A stretch of 63,581 nucleotides of DNA, filler included, from Saprolegnia diclina VS20 (Eukaryota): assembly GCF_000281045.1 (NCBI RefSeq). It is 9 parts of 4 records of this genome, joined end to end, with 100 filler letters (N's around TTAATTAATTAA, not from the genome) between each part and the next. Parts side by side here need not be neighbours in the genome. Positions count along the whole stretch, not along the records: positions 32,150 to 35,078 come from NW_008246179.1; positions 35,179 to 46,719 come from NW_008246179.1; positions 46,820 to 49,195 come from NW_008246180.1; 6 more parts are not named here. One strand, written 5' to 3'. The notes below the pieces were generated by a model. It did not search any database. It worked only from the letters and a program-made list of their open reading frames with translations, and had not been told where the DNA came from. The translations under genes and the position numbers were made by a program. Below, piece after piece: positions 35,069 through 47,485 of the stretch (the first letter of the stretch is position 1; each line of letters starts with the position of its first letter).

Positions 35069-38031
35069 CTGAACGGCGNNNNNNNNNNNNNNNNNNNNNN
35101 NNNNNNNNNNNNNNNNNNNNNNTTAATTAATTAANNNNNNNNNNNNNNNNNNNNNNNNNNNNNNNNNNNNNNNNNNNNAGAAGTGAAAGAGGTTTTCGGC
35201 GCAAGGCCGAGCGATCTGGAAGACCACGATCCACGGTATACAAGATCCAAGGTCCAGGAGCAGAGCAAGCGAGTTGAGAGTCCAGGAGACCATCCACGAC
35301 CGAATTTTGGCTATCTCGAAAACTACGTAACCGATTTTCGTGAAATTTGGCTCTATCGATTGGATTTTTTACGCTGAATTGAAACGCACATCACAGAGGC
35401 CGCAGAAACGAGTATACTGCGAGAAATCGTCGAAAGAAAACATGAATGCGTGTCGATTCTACTCCGGAGACATGATATCCCGTTCTATTTTATGCAACAT
35501 TTAGTTTGGGAGGCTTATTTCAAAAGGGAGCAGCTCGCGCGCCATTGTGGCCAGCCGGCTGTTGACGGCCACTTTTTCGGTGGCCGTGATCAATCCAAAT
35601 TCGACAGGCGCCACTTGGCTGATTGTAAGGTGGGTGATATAAGCATCCGGTATGCTGTATTAACCAATCATGTGCTGCGTGCATACACATATGAGGTCAG
35701 TCAAATTAAAAGCCGACGGTAGCACATTTGGGACAGTTGTGGAGTATTGTGGTAATCTATGACAGATTTTAAAGGGGAATCCACTGGTGGGTCTATCGTT
35801 GGTAGAAACTTAGTGCTACCCGGTCAAAACGGGCGTCAAAGTGTCATAGGGGTAGGGCTATCTGGCCAATCCTCGCCATTCTGTTTGCTACGTCATTTGT
35901 CCTTTAGAAACTTATATAGAATGTACTGTCACAATTTATTTATTCTTACGGGCTCTCATCGTGTTTCTGTCGCTTCGTTTTTTTGGCTCGGCCCCCGGAG
36001 CGACGGGCATGGGCAAGCTGCTTCTTCACGGTCTCTTGGGACGAGCACTCTCGGTTCATGCCGTCCCCACTTAGATGCATCAAACTCTGCTCGCGGCAAC
36101 ACACCTTTTGCAAGTGTTGCAAGCAAAGTTCTTGGTGCCCAAGCCTTCTCATTCTATGCGTTGTCATCTGCGTCGCTGTCGAAGTCCAAGTCTCAGCCAC
36201 CGCGGTCGGTGGGACTCGCCTGCTCTGCTACGGGAAGATGGGCACAATCAAGAGGGAGCACGAGAGGAGGTAGCACAAGAGAACGGAGCGCCGGCGGCGG
36301 GAAATGCAGCAGTTGGCGACAACTTGCTTCGTCAAATCGAGCTGCGAGACCATGGTGTCAAATCTGATTATGAGGCGATGCCGCCGTCCCTTCCCTCGCA
36401 TTGTTTTCGAGAGGTTTGCATGCGACGTTCCAAAGCTATGCCATTGGCTCGTTCCATCTATCACCTTGCCAGTTCGACCAATGAGGAGGCCTAAAAGCGA
36501 CCAATCAAAAGAGCGGAAAACTTTGGGGCCCGTTTTCTCAAATCGCTATTAGGCCGATAGCGTCGGGTTTTAATTTGACAGGCTTCATATACCACGGTAT
36601 TTTACGGTATTTCCACGGGCATGCACCTCTATGGGTATCTATTTTGATGACGCGACGGTGTCGTACGTCCTCCAAGAAGGTATACCTCTTTGTATTGATA
36701 TCGTCGATGCTCTGGCGCGTATAAAGAATAGTAGGGAACAGCCCCAGCAAGCTGATTGGTCCCACCTGTCAAATGCCATACAAAAAAAAATTCGGTCGTG
36801 GATGGTCTCCCGGACTCTGAGTCATTTCCTAATTGGTAGTGTCGGTCAAACAGCTGTAGCTGTCAGTCAAATAGCTGACCCGCCTCACCGACCACTGGCA
36901 TAGCGGACACCAANNNNNNNNNNNNNNNNNNNNNNNNNNNNNNNNNNNNNNNNNNNNNNNNNNNNNNNNNNNNNNNNNNNNNNNNNNNNNNNNNNNNNNN
37001 NNNNNNNNNNNNNNNNNNNNNNNNNNNNNNNNNNNNNNNNNNNNNNNNNNNNNNNNNNNNNNNNNNNNATTTCCTAATTGGTAGTGTCGGTCAAACAGCT
37101 GTAGCTGTCAGTCAAATAGCTGACCCGCCTCACCGACCACTGGCATAGCGGACACCAACACGGTTGTTGCCCCCAAGTAGTTTGGTCTGGACTGAGGAAA
37201 CATCAACCAAAGTTGATACCTTGATGTGTTGCATTTACCTTCGTTTCGCTCTTCACTTATGCCGCCTTTCAATACACTTCTGCCGCCTTTCAATACATTG
37301 CGGCACTTGTTCTGTCGTCGTCGCGTCCTCCTCGAGTGCATGCGACGCTCTGTCGTAAACACCAACACCGGCGCCAAACCCAAGACGTGCTAGTTGAAGA
37401 GCAAAAGGCCAAGCGAAAGAGAAGACCACCGGCAGATCTATCAAGCAAGGTACGTCATCGATAGACCGAACGTACGAAGAAGAGGCCACCGATGGCAGAC
37501 GGCACCCACATCGGGATGAAAGCAACGAGCCACCAAACTACACCGACCCAAAGAGTCCAGACGTCATTGTGGCGGGTGGCGCGAACTGCAATAGCAACGA
37601 CGACTCCATGACGACGCTCGCGTCACGGGCTCGTGTGATCTACCGCTGCAGAATATGGACGTCTGGACGTGCTGCACCAAGCACCCGCACACTAGTTGTG
37701 GCTCGAATTCGTTAGGAGTCTTGATGGATCTGTCCATTCAAAGTCTTGTACATCCATCAACTGGTACTCGAACTCGTGAAATAACGGTTGATCACGCCGT
37801 AGGTGTGGGTCGATGTGTGGCCGATGGCAACTTTGCGAAGGCTCTCTGGCCCCTGTCTCGACCGTGCACGACAGCTTATCTACTATGAACGCGTCCAGCG
37901 TTATCTTCGTCAGTGCAAAGGCTTCGGATACGTAGCGCTACGCCTGGACCAGCACTTGGTCGTTGGGAGTGAGCTGCGCACGGAGAGCACGATAGCTTAT
38001 AAGATAATATATCTACTAGTAATTAGTCGAC

Positions 38032-39206
38032 CTAGACAATGCCACCTCGGACATAGCCACTGCCACCAACGACGGGCTGGACGGGCTGTTGGTACGCATT
38101 GTTGTGGGGCTGGCCATACGCATTGTTGTGGGGCTGGCCGTACCCATTCCCGTACACAGGCTGATTGCCATAGCCAGTGTTGGCGGTGTAAGGACCCGTG
38201 GACGGCGGCGGTGGCTGGCCGTACGGTTGGTACCCAGGTTCGTACGACGAGATCGAGTTGGCGTGGGGCTCGGTCGGTGCAAACCCTGGGTGGTTTTGCA
38301 CGGACGGCTGCACAATCGGCTTCTCCGACTGCGGCGCCGCGTACGCGCTCGTGGTCGTGCCCGGCGTTTGGCCGGCCGACGCTTGCATGGCGACCGCGAG
38401 GTCTTGCTCGTACATGTTGCGAAAGTGGCGGATCTTCTCGGCACGGCCGGCCGAGCTCGCATACATGGTGCAAAGCATGCCGCAAACGCCGCCGATCGCT
38501 GCCCAGAAGCTGTAGCCATAGAACCAGCAGCTCCACTTGGAGCCGTCGCCCTTGACGCTCTTGCACGCCTGGTAGCCGGACGAGAGCACGTCGATCTGCA
38601 GCATTTTTTGCTGGATCTGGAGCGCCCAGCAAATCAACGCCGCGAGCAACAAGCACGCTACAAAGAAGAGCATTGGTAAAGTGCAAACGCAAACGGCAAA
38701 GTCGTACAGGCCGCGAGTGTCGCCGACGACACGATGCGCTCGGCCCAGCCAGCTTGCGGCTGGAACGTGGCTGCGATCGACGCGAGAAGCGAGATGGTCG
38801 CAAAGACGACCGCAAACATGATGACGTACTGGATGCCCTTGATCGGCATGCCGCAGAGGATGACTTGGAGCTGCGGCGCGCCGCCCAGCATCCAGTTGGG
38901 CGCTTGCACGCCGGCCTTTTGGTTGGTGCAAAAGTCCGAGTACTCGAGCGTCGTGTTGGACGCAAAGAAGGGCGTTTGCAGCACGCCCGTCGAGTGAAAG
39001 GCAAAGATGCCAAAGCCCTGGAATACGTCCGGTGTCGTCTCCTTGTACTTTTGCATGAACCACGCCGGGTAGATCATCGAAAAGGTACAGCAGCCCATCG
39101 ACATGAGCGAGAAGAAGACCGCTACGCAACGATGCGTGAGCGCCAGCTCCACACAGAAGAAGGACGACGTACTCAGCACGGTGTTCTTGAGCGAGCCCGG
39201 ACGCAT
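38032..39206 (-). CDS. Four-TM claudin/PMP22-like membrane protein with Y/G/Q/P-rich C-tail (copy 1, 3 exons)
   Basis: Spliced product: TM1-AWF...GFGIFAF...C...C-TM2-TM3-loop(C...WSCWFYGYSFW)-TM4, then a YGQPHNNA-repeat tail. Introns near 39124-39172 and 38660-38707. Confidence 0.7.
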
Positions 39207-40904
39207 GCGGCTTCGGCGGTCCTGGCGCAAGTCCCGATATGGTTTGTCACTCCGCTCCGTTTCTTATTGGCATCCGGGGGTGTATTATACATTGTAACAA
39301 CCATGTGTTGGATTCAGTGTTTAAAACAGAATGCTGCCACGCCAACTCCCGCACTAGCATGCATGCAACGATAAGGACAAGAGATTTTCGCCAGCCTCTG
39401 CTGGACGTCAACCATTCTAATCGAACGCAGCGATCCCTTGGTGAGCGACGTCGGTCCGTGGCGATATCCGCTTGTCGGTTGAGGCATTAGTCACCGTACC
39501 TTGTCACCGAGGTAGCCAGCCATAGGCAGGCCATATACGACACACGCCCTCTACGCCGACACCCGCTTTCTTCAGATCGTGGATATTACAAAATATGTGA
39601 ACCACAAGTGCTGATTGCCCCAAATAGGTTGCTCGTGCAATCATTCCAGCGTTGCTGCTGCTGTGGCGTCGTATCTCTGGCCATACTGCAGCTCTATACA
39701 TCCGACCCGAGCAGTAATTTCGAGCGCCTTTTCGTAAGTACGCGCTCGCGTCCTCTTAAAGTCAATGTACTACAGTACACTAGTACATGCGCCACGGCGG
39801 TGATAACGACATAATTGTTTCGACGTTCTTGACGTGCGTGAGTGCAAGCCATTTGTCATGCAGGCTCTTTGTGTTGAAAACCATCTTTGTTTTTTAATGT
39901 TTTAAACACCGCGCGGGCAAGGTGGCTGTTTGCAGGTTCCGATTCGCTGAATTGTTGTTGGGGCGGCGGTCTCGCAGGATTAAAATAGGTGCTCGTGCAT
40001 ACAATTATCTAGATATTTAAAAGAACATCGTCCAAAAGAGCCGCGCTTGCCACGTTCGAATCAAGCCAGGGGCACGAACGCGCGACACCACGCCCAAGTG
40101 GATGGCACGAGACGCCGATGGGCGGTACTACTAGTAGTATTTCCTCGTGGGACTAGACGAGATACTTTATAACTCTCTTTTCAAATGTACACATTGTCGT
40201 GGTTCCACGGCTACCGTGCGAGTGTTTTCAGCATACAAAGAACGTGAGAAAACCCTTTGCATCGATGAGCCCACAACGTGCGACAGCGGACCGATCAACT
40301 CGACCAAGCCGTTGCAGATAGTCCGCCACGTCAGTTCGCCCCAACTGCAACTGGTTGGCTCCACTCAGCTCACCGATTTGCTATAATAGCTGGTGCCAAA
40401 ATCCTACATCCAGCGACGCTTCGCCAGCTCGACGCGAGAGCTACAAGATCTCGAGCCTCGACATCGGTGCTACACACGCGGTGCTGACGACTTGTGGTCG
40501 GGGCGTCACGTGAAATCTGGTGGCGCTCTGCGACGAGAGACTGCCACGTATAAGTATATCCGACACGCGGGATCAGGCAACATGACGGGATTCGAACCCA
40601 CGCAAAGCAGCGGCGGCACCCACGCAATCTCGGCGGCGTGTTTCGAGAACGAGCTCGGAGCAGCTCGGAGGACGATGGGCTATCTTGGCCATATCGCAGA
40701 ACCTGCCGAACGCACTGGCGACTGCGAGTTCCTTGTCGATCACCCCGACACCCATTGGGTGGCATTAACCTCCAACGCGGTTGCTGTCCAATACCTCAAA
40801 ACCTCTGGACGCTCTCCCTCCTCCCTTGGCAGCGGAGCAGACTAAGAACTAATATTTTATAGCAATGGAGGGAAAAAAAGACAGAGATCCACGGGGACGA
40901 CGTC

Positions 40905-41834
40905 TTAGACACGCGACGGCGCCACGTTGCCTTGCGAGTGCTGCTGCTGGTAGTGACCGCCCGCATAGCCGGCCTGCTGCATCGTCCGCGGCGACGACGC
41001 GTTGTTCTGGGCGGCTTCCATCGACTGCTGAAGCGCGATCGCCAGGTCCTGCTCGTACTCGTTGCGGAAGTGGCGGATCTACGCACACCACATTGAGCCT
41101 TTGCGCCATCGCTCCTTGCTCATACCTTTTCCGCGCGGCCAGCCGAGCTCGTGTACATGGTGATGAGCATGCCAACAACGCTACCGATCGCAGTCCAAAA
41201 GCTGTAGCCGTAGAACCAGCAGCTCCAGTTGGTCACGCCCGCATTGCATTCGAGGTACGACGAGTTGATCACATCGACGTTGTACATCTTTTGCTGGATC
41301 TGCAGCGCCCAGAGGATGAGCGACGTGAGCAGCAAGAGCGACGCGACGAACGTGCCGCCCGAGACCGTGCGTTCGGCGAGGCCCGTCGACGGGTTGTATG
41401 TGGCGGCGATCGCGCCGAGGAGCGCGAGGCCAGAAATGCCGGTCGCAAAGCCCATGACGTACTGCAGCGCGGTCATGGCCGAGCCACACACGATCTCGGC
41501 GATCGCGTTGCCGTTGCCGAGCATCCAGTTGGGCGACGGCTTCCCGGCCGCGTTGGCGTCGCAAAAGTCGGCGTACTTGAGCGTCGTCGCCGACGCGTAG
41601 AAGGGCGTCTGAAGCGCGTTCGTCGAGTAAAAGGCAAAGAGGCCAAAGCCCTGGTAGACCTCGACGGGCGACGTCGCGTTGGAGCTCGCGTACTTTTGCT
41701 GGAACCAAGCCGGGTACATGAGCGCGAAGGCGCAGCAGGCGAGCGACGCGAGGCTGAAGAAGACAGCTACGTGCGAGCATGAGCTACGAGCTAAAGGGCG
41801 GCGACGTCGACGTACTCACGACGGTGTTCTTCAT
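40905..41834 (-). CDS. Four-TM claudin/PMP22-like membrane protein (copy 2, tandem paralog)
   Basis: Colinear with copy 1 (MKNTV, YPAWF.QKY, GFGLFAF, PNWMLG, WSCWFYGYSFW, SSAGRAEK-IRHFRN.YEQDLA). First intron is shared. Confidence 0.7.
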
Positions 41835-42850
41835 GGCGGCGACTTGGCGTTTGCCGGTCCGCAATGCGATTACAAGCTGCAAGAGGAGCTCGCTCGACAC
41901 ACCGTTTCCACTTCGAACTTCGTTGCACGTCGGCTCTTTACCAGCCGATTATATACAAACACCAAGACAAGACACCGGCGACGTGTATCCGGAAACCGAA
42001 GTTCGAAGCGTGTCCAAGCCAGTAGGACAAGCCCAAATTAGACGATTTTCGAAGTCGGCGCTGGATACAAACGTGCAGAGAGCCTTGGTTAGTCGATCGT
42101 CATCGACTAACTAGTATTCCTGCAGATGCTTGGATGTGGTTGCAAATCACGAGCCGCGCAGAACCGGAGCGACAACTTGAGCGGCAGAGCTGGCAAGAGA
42201 CCCCAGGCATCGCAGTACGACTCGACCAGTGTCGCGTTGGACACATAAACAAATATTCCGCGCCAAAATTTAGGAACCATATCTATTTGCAGGCAAATCC
42301 AGGGCGCACCAAGTCACCTCACGCCCTGGTGGCTTGCAGTGGGCCGGATATCAAATGACCGGATACTGAAGTCTTGCACAACTGGTCATCGTTTGGGCAC
42401 GTTCATGTTGAAGTATGGAGTCAAACACGAAGCTACACTACTACGCGGGCAGGCTTCCGTCCCCACAGACGATCCCATGAGCATTGTTGTCTGTCGTGCT
42501 AAGTGCAAGAGATGGACGACGAGTGAAGCAATGTAGAGCTACAAATATTGAGACGACTTGCACTTTGCTGTTCCCAAGTTGCTCACACCGCGACCAACAT
42601 TGCACTTTGAAAGGCAACGACTCTCCTCGCTGATCTATCGCCTTCTCATCGTAGGCTGCGATCTACTCTACGTACGTCGATACTCGTACGTAGTAGAACC
42701 TTCCGATGTGGAGACAGCGGTCGGTGTGCACGGAAAGCCCCAAAAACTTGAGCCGCCGTCATCTAGCGTCATAGGCGCCACGCCCTGTCGCAAGAGACCC
42801 TGCGGACTGGACAAGCTTAGTTCTTATTTCTTGGATTCGGTATTCCTGTC

Positions 42851-43387
42851 ATGGCCGGCTTCTTCTTCTCCAACAGCACGCCCCGCGCAGAGCTGCCGAC
42901 AACGAACGCCCCGCCGACCGATGCCAACGATGACATGGATGAAAACGTCAAGGCCGGCTGCCCCAGCATGTCGTACGAAAACCGACTGTACGCATTTGGC
43001 GCCGTCTTGGTCGTCGGCGCCGCGTGCTCGCTCTTCTCGCTCGTGTTTTTGCTGACCGTCAACATGGTCGGGTTTGGTGTCATGTACTCGTTCGGGTCGC
43101 TCTGCGGCCTCCTCTCGACCATGTTCCTCGTTGGCCCGAGCCGCCAAGTCGGCGCCATGTTCCAAAAACACCGCTGGATCGCGACGGCCGTCTACTTGGG
43201 CTTGATTGTGCTCACGCTCATTGTGGCCTTCTCGGGTATGCGCAAGGCCGGCAAGGTCGTGCTCGTCCTCCTCTTTGTGCTCCTCCAGTTCCTCGCCGCC
43301 ATTTGGTACTCGCTGTCGTACATTCCGTTTGCGCGTCGGGTTGTGCAGAAGGCGCTCGGTGGCGCAGGCGACTGCCTCTTCAAGTAA
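42851..43387 (+). CDS. SFT2: Got1/Sft2-family vesicle transport protein (SFT2-like)
   Basis: SYENRLYAFG...FGVMYSFGSL..L.STMFLVGP.RQ...MF...RWIATAVYL...QFLAAIWYSLSYIPFAR; four TMs. Confidence 0.9.
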   Translation: MAGFFFSNSTPRAELPTTNAPPTDANDDMDENVKAGCPSMSYENRLYAFGAVLVVGAACSLFSLVFLLTVNMVGFGVMYSFGSLCGLLSTMFLVGPSRQVGAMFQKHRWIATAVYLGLIVLTLIVAFSGMRKAGKVVLVLLFVLLQFLAAIWYSLSYIPFARRVVQKALGGAGDCLFK

Positions 43388-43561
43388 GGTCGTATCCCTC
43401 GATGGACATGAGAATCCTTTGTGGTTCATGGCGTTCTTGACAAAATGCAGTGGTCTGGGACCAGAAAGCTCATCCACAGCACTCGGCCATGGGATCGATC
43501 TTGGGATACAACACATATACAAATGCATACGAGCAGTACGTAGTTGGATCTGCACGGCGCG

Positions 43562-46500
43562 TTATGCGCGTGACGCGGCCGCGAGGTCGTCGAGAATCGC
43601 GAGAAGCGACGGCGAGGTGGACGCACGGGGGCGCAACGTCGCGGCGGATGGCAGCGACGGCCACAAGTGGGGTGCGACCGAGCTCTACACCACAGTCATC
43701 ATCAATCAAGGAGATCGTCGCCATTTTTCCACAATATACCAGCGTCGCAATGGCGAGGAGAACACGGCCAAACGTGTCGTCGTCGAGGGCGTCGGTTGCC
43801 GCCAACTAGCAGTTTGCATGAGCTCATAGTGCCGTGGAAATAAGAGGTACCGTGCTGAGCACCGAGGCAAGCGCCACAGACGCGTCGCGCTCTTTGGCAG
43901 CCACCGCAACGGCCAAGTTCAAACCCAGCGTGGCCAGTGTGACGGCCAGCGTCTTGTTGCCGCTGGCAAGCGACCACGCCAACGCAAGATTCGCCTCAAC
44001 CTACCACCACGCTCAGGTCACGACGTTGGACAAGTGCGCACGTACATTTGCCGAGGCCTGCACGAGCGTCGACCGAAGCGATGCGTGCACGCAGTAGTTG
44101 CAGAGCACACGCCACGCCAGCATGCGCGTGGGGTTGGGCACGGCCGCACTCGAGTCGGCGCCTACACCGACAAGGCATTTCTAGGCAAAGCACTAAAGAA
44201 AAAGGTCATGTGTACCGAGGGCAAGACACCGTTCCAGGAGCCATGGCGCCTTGCGACTCAATACGCTCGCACCAACAGGGTGAAGGGCCACGAGACGACA
44301 TACGTCCAACGCTATAGCCCGTGTAAGAACATCCAAGGTAAAGGAATAGGGTACCTGGAAACACCTGCGCGGCAGGCCAGTGCTCGACCATCTTGAGCGC
44401 CACGTCGACTTGGGCGCTCGCGACTTGGCTCGAATGGTAGTACGAGGTCTGCGTCAGCGTTGTGAGCAACGCTGCCAGCGTCTCCAGCTCGGCGTCCGTG
44501 AGTGCAACCTGCGATTTCGATGAATATACCTCGAGATTGTAGCATGCTGGTCGCAACGCACCGTCGGGGCCACGGCTGCATTGAACTGCACGACTGTTGA
44601 TAGCAGCTTGGTCACCTTGGTCGAGTCAAACGAGCTGTACGCCTTCTATGCGACAGAAACCACACATGAGCAACACGATATCGACACAAGACACGAGATG
44701 GAAACACGTACGACGGGAAAATACGTCGATGTAAAAGTCACGGGGGCTGCGGGGGCCGCAGGCGCGGCCGACCCAAGCACCGGCGCCTGGTAGCTGCCCG
44801 ACTGCGCCGTGATAAAATCGGCAATCTACTCGCACATGTCAGACTTCGCAATTGAAAGGATAACGACAATGCACCTCCTTGAGGTAGCTTTGCTGCAAGA
44901 AATGCTTGTCGATAAAGGCTTGCGCGACTTGGAACGGGTTCTGCCCTTGGTTGTAGCCGATTTGCCTACACCATCCATCGCTACTAAGCGTCCTCGTACT
45001 TGATCACGAGAACGTACAACTTTTGGAGGCCGTTGGGTGTTTCAATCTCGACCGGAATCACGAGGTCAAACGACTCGCCGTCAACGACGCCACCCGACCC
45101 TGTGCCCGTGACTTCGCCAATCTACGCCAAGCGATTGAGTTGCGCCATCCCACATCACTGGAGACGGGTCCTACATCGAGCCACGTCTGCGACGGACCAC
45201 TCCACTGGCAGGCCCACGCGGCGTTGCCCTTTCGGAACATCTGGATAAAGCCGTCCGATGGACCCGTCCGCGACGCGCGCTGAAGGTAGTCGGGCAGCTT
45301 TTCGATTTCGACAGCGCTCGGACCACGCTGGCGCGCTTTCGCTGCCGTGTCGACTTGCTCTTGGAGCGTAAGGATCTCGGCCGCCGACGACTCCATGGTC
45401 GCCGAGGTACTGAAGACGCGGGCAATCTTGTCGTCGCCGCCGGTAGCAAAGTCCGTGCCATTGAGTGCTGTGACGCACCAGAGACCTTGGGGATGCGCAA
45501 TCGTCTGCAGCAGCGAACCATCTATACGCATTTTGCGTCACAACAACGCCCATCGTTACGAGAAAGGCGTGTACCGAGCGACCAGACGCACGCCGTGCAG
45601 TCTTCGCTGGCCGACACGAGTTGGCGGCTCTGGGCAAGGTACGCAAGCCCCAGCACAAACCCCGGCTTGCCCTCGTGGTTGAGTGGGTGGCTGCAGCTCA
45701 TGACGACGTCACCGCCCGACGTCCACAGCTTGACGCTCCTACAAGACATAGAAAGGTTGGTATGAAAAAGGAAGAAGGGCCAAGAAGGAATCTTCTACCC
45801 GTCGTTGGAGCACGAGGCAAAACCAATGTCGGGAACCGGCACGAGCTGGCGAATCGGACCTACGTCGACGCATGTGTACCTGTATATGCTATATGCATTG
45901 ATGTACCTTGATGGTCCTTGAGCGTCGATGCGAGCGTGTAGTCGTTGCCGGTCGCGGATGGCTGCCATACGCGAAGAACTGCATCGACGACTTGGTTGCC
46001 CTCTTGGCGGCCCGTCGAGCCCGTGACAATCGAGCCGTTCTCAAGGCCAAGCACGCATACGCCGTTCTCATGGTTGGGCAAGACGAACGTACAAGTTTGC
46101 GTCGCGAGGTCCCAGCCGCGGCAGGTGCCATCCCAACTGCCCGAGAGAAGCACTTCGGACGCCAGCCACGCCAGGGAGATGACTCCGCTCGTATGGCCCT
46201 TGAGCACGATCGCGCACGCAAATCCGCTGCCCGCCGACTTGAGGTAGACGCGGATGTTGGTGTCCATGCTGCCAGAGACAAAGCCGTGGCCGCCGAGGCG
46301 CGTGGCATGCGTCGATGGAAGCGTCGTGAGCGCCGTGACCCAGTGGTTGTGGTCGAAGATCGACTGCTCGATCGACGAGGTAGACGACCAGACGTACGCG
46401 GCCGCGTCCATGGAGCCTGTCACGAGCACGTCGTCGACCTGGCAGATCGCGCGGATCTACATGACGTTCAAGGTCATGTTGCCTATCCCGAGGTAGATCT

Positions 46501-46619
46501 GGACATGGGCAGGATCCTCATCATCATGATGGGTGCCTGGACCCATGTCCATGGGCGGAGGATGGACGTACCGCGCCGCCATGACCCTGGAGGGAGCGCG
46601 CAATGTTGTAGGCCGCCAT
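43562..46619 (-). CDS. PLAA: Phospholipase A2-activating protein / Doa1 (WD40-PFU-PUL), multi-exon
   Basis: WD40 repeats (LVTGSMD, LKGHTSGV, LLSGSWDGTCRGWD, SEDCTACVW), PFU-like W..IGEV.G...G..FD.VIPVEI...K..YN.G.NP...AQ.FI...YL.E.IADFI and a PUL-like region (WP..Q.FP, ANL). Exact exon borders are approximate. Confidence 0.85.
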
Positions 46620-47420
46620 AGCGTGTGAGGTTGACAGACAAAGAAGATATGCGCCGTTCGTAGTGCGTTGATTGGTTAAAACGTTGCACAGAAATGTTTT
46701 TGATTTGCTAAAATGCGATNNNNNNNNNNNNNNNNNNNNNNNNNNNNNNNNNNNNNNNNNNNNTTAATTAATTAANNNNNNNNNNNNNNNNNNNNNNNNN
46801 NNNNNNNNNNNNNNNNNNNCATGCGAGTGCAAATCGTGAGACCGGTACAGCCAATCAGAAGCCAGGACCGGGTTGCGTCAACATCTCGATTTCATATCGG
46901 ACTAGGGTGAGCCCATTTATCGTTCGGAGTTTGTGGCTGATTTGTCTTTGGTTTGGTGCAAGGTCAGTTATCTTATATACCTTCTCTTGGATACGTTGCG
47001 ATCAGATTTATTGCGGACTGCCTGCGTGGCCTAAGACCACGCAGCGTCTGAAGCCATGTGTGTGGCCATTTTTTGCCTTGGCGCGTTGAGTCATAACCAA
47101 TGTAGCAATGAGATGTGCAGGTTGTTGTACTCGTTGCTTAGATATGCCAGGCGAGTGGTGCAAGGGTCAGTCTATGGACTCCTGTTGTGTGCCGTAGACG
47201 TCCCGCCACCACGATCATTCGGCAAGGCCGAGATGGCAGGCAACGTAGCTTTATATGGCGACACGGACTTGAGTGGCCCCATTGAATCATCTCCACATAT
47301 TACAGTGACGTATTGTTTTGTCTCTATGAGGCACTAACTAAAAGAAATCACTATGCAATGGTGTGCGTTCTCGTGGCACAGTGCCACCCAGCAGCTACCT
47401 GTGCGTATTGGCGTGAACTC

Positions 47421-47484
<64 letters not shown>
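47421..47484 (+). repeat. (TCTA)16 / GATA microsatellite
   Basis: Perfect tetranucleotide run of 64 bp. Confidence 0.97.

Positions 47485-47485
<1 letters not shown>

Noticed and set aside
36824..37158. 90-bp identical direct repeat (36824-36913 / 37069-37158)
   Set aside because: The copies are exactly the two contig ends flanking a gap, so most likely an unmerged overlap.
35179..37990. Short ORFs and a 2x21-bp tandem repeat near 37260
   Set aside because: No coherent gene model or homology recognisable by eye.
40240..40845. 150-aa plus-strand ORF between the two claudin-like genes
   Set aside because: No ATG start or recognisable domain; could be a gene fragment but is unsupported.
46470..46530. 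ATGATGA (box C-like) on the minus strand of PLAA intron 1, suggesting a C/D snoRNA
   Set aside because: No downstream CTGA box D within the intron.
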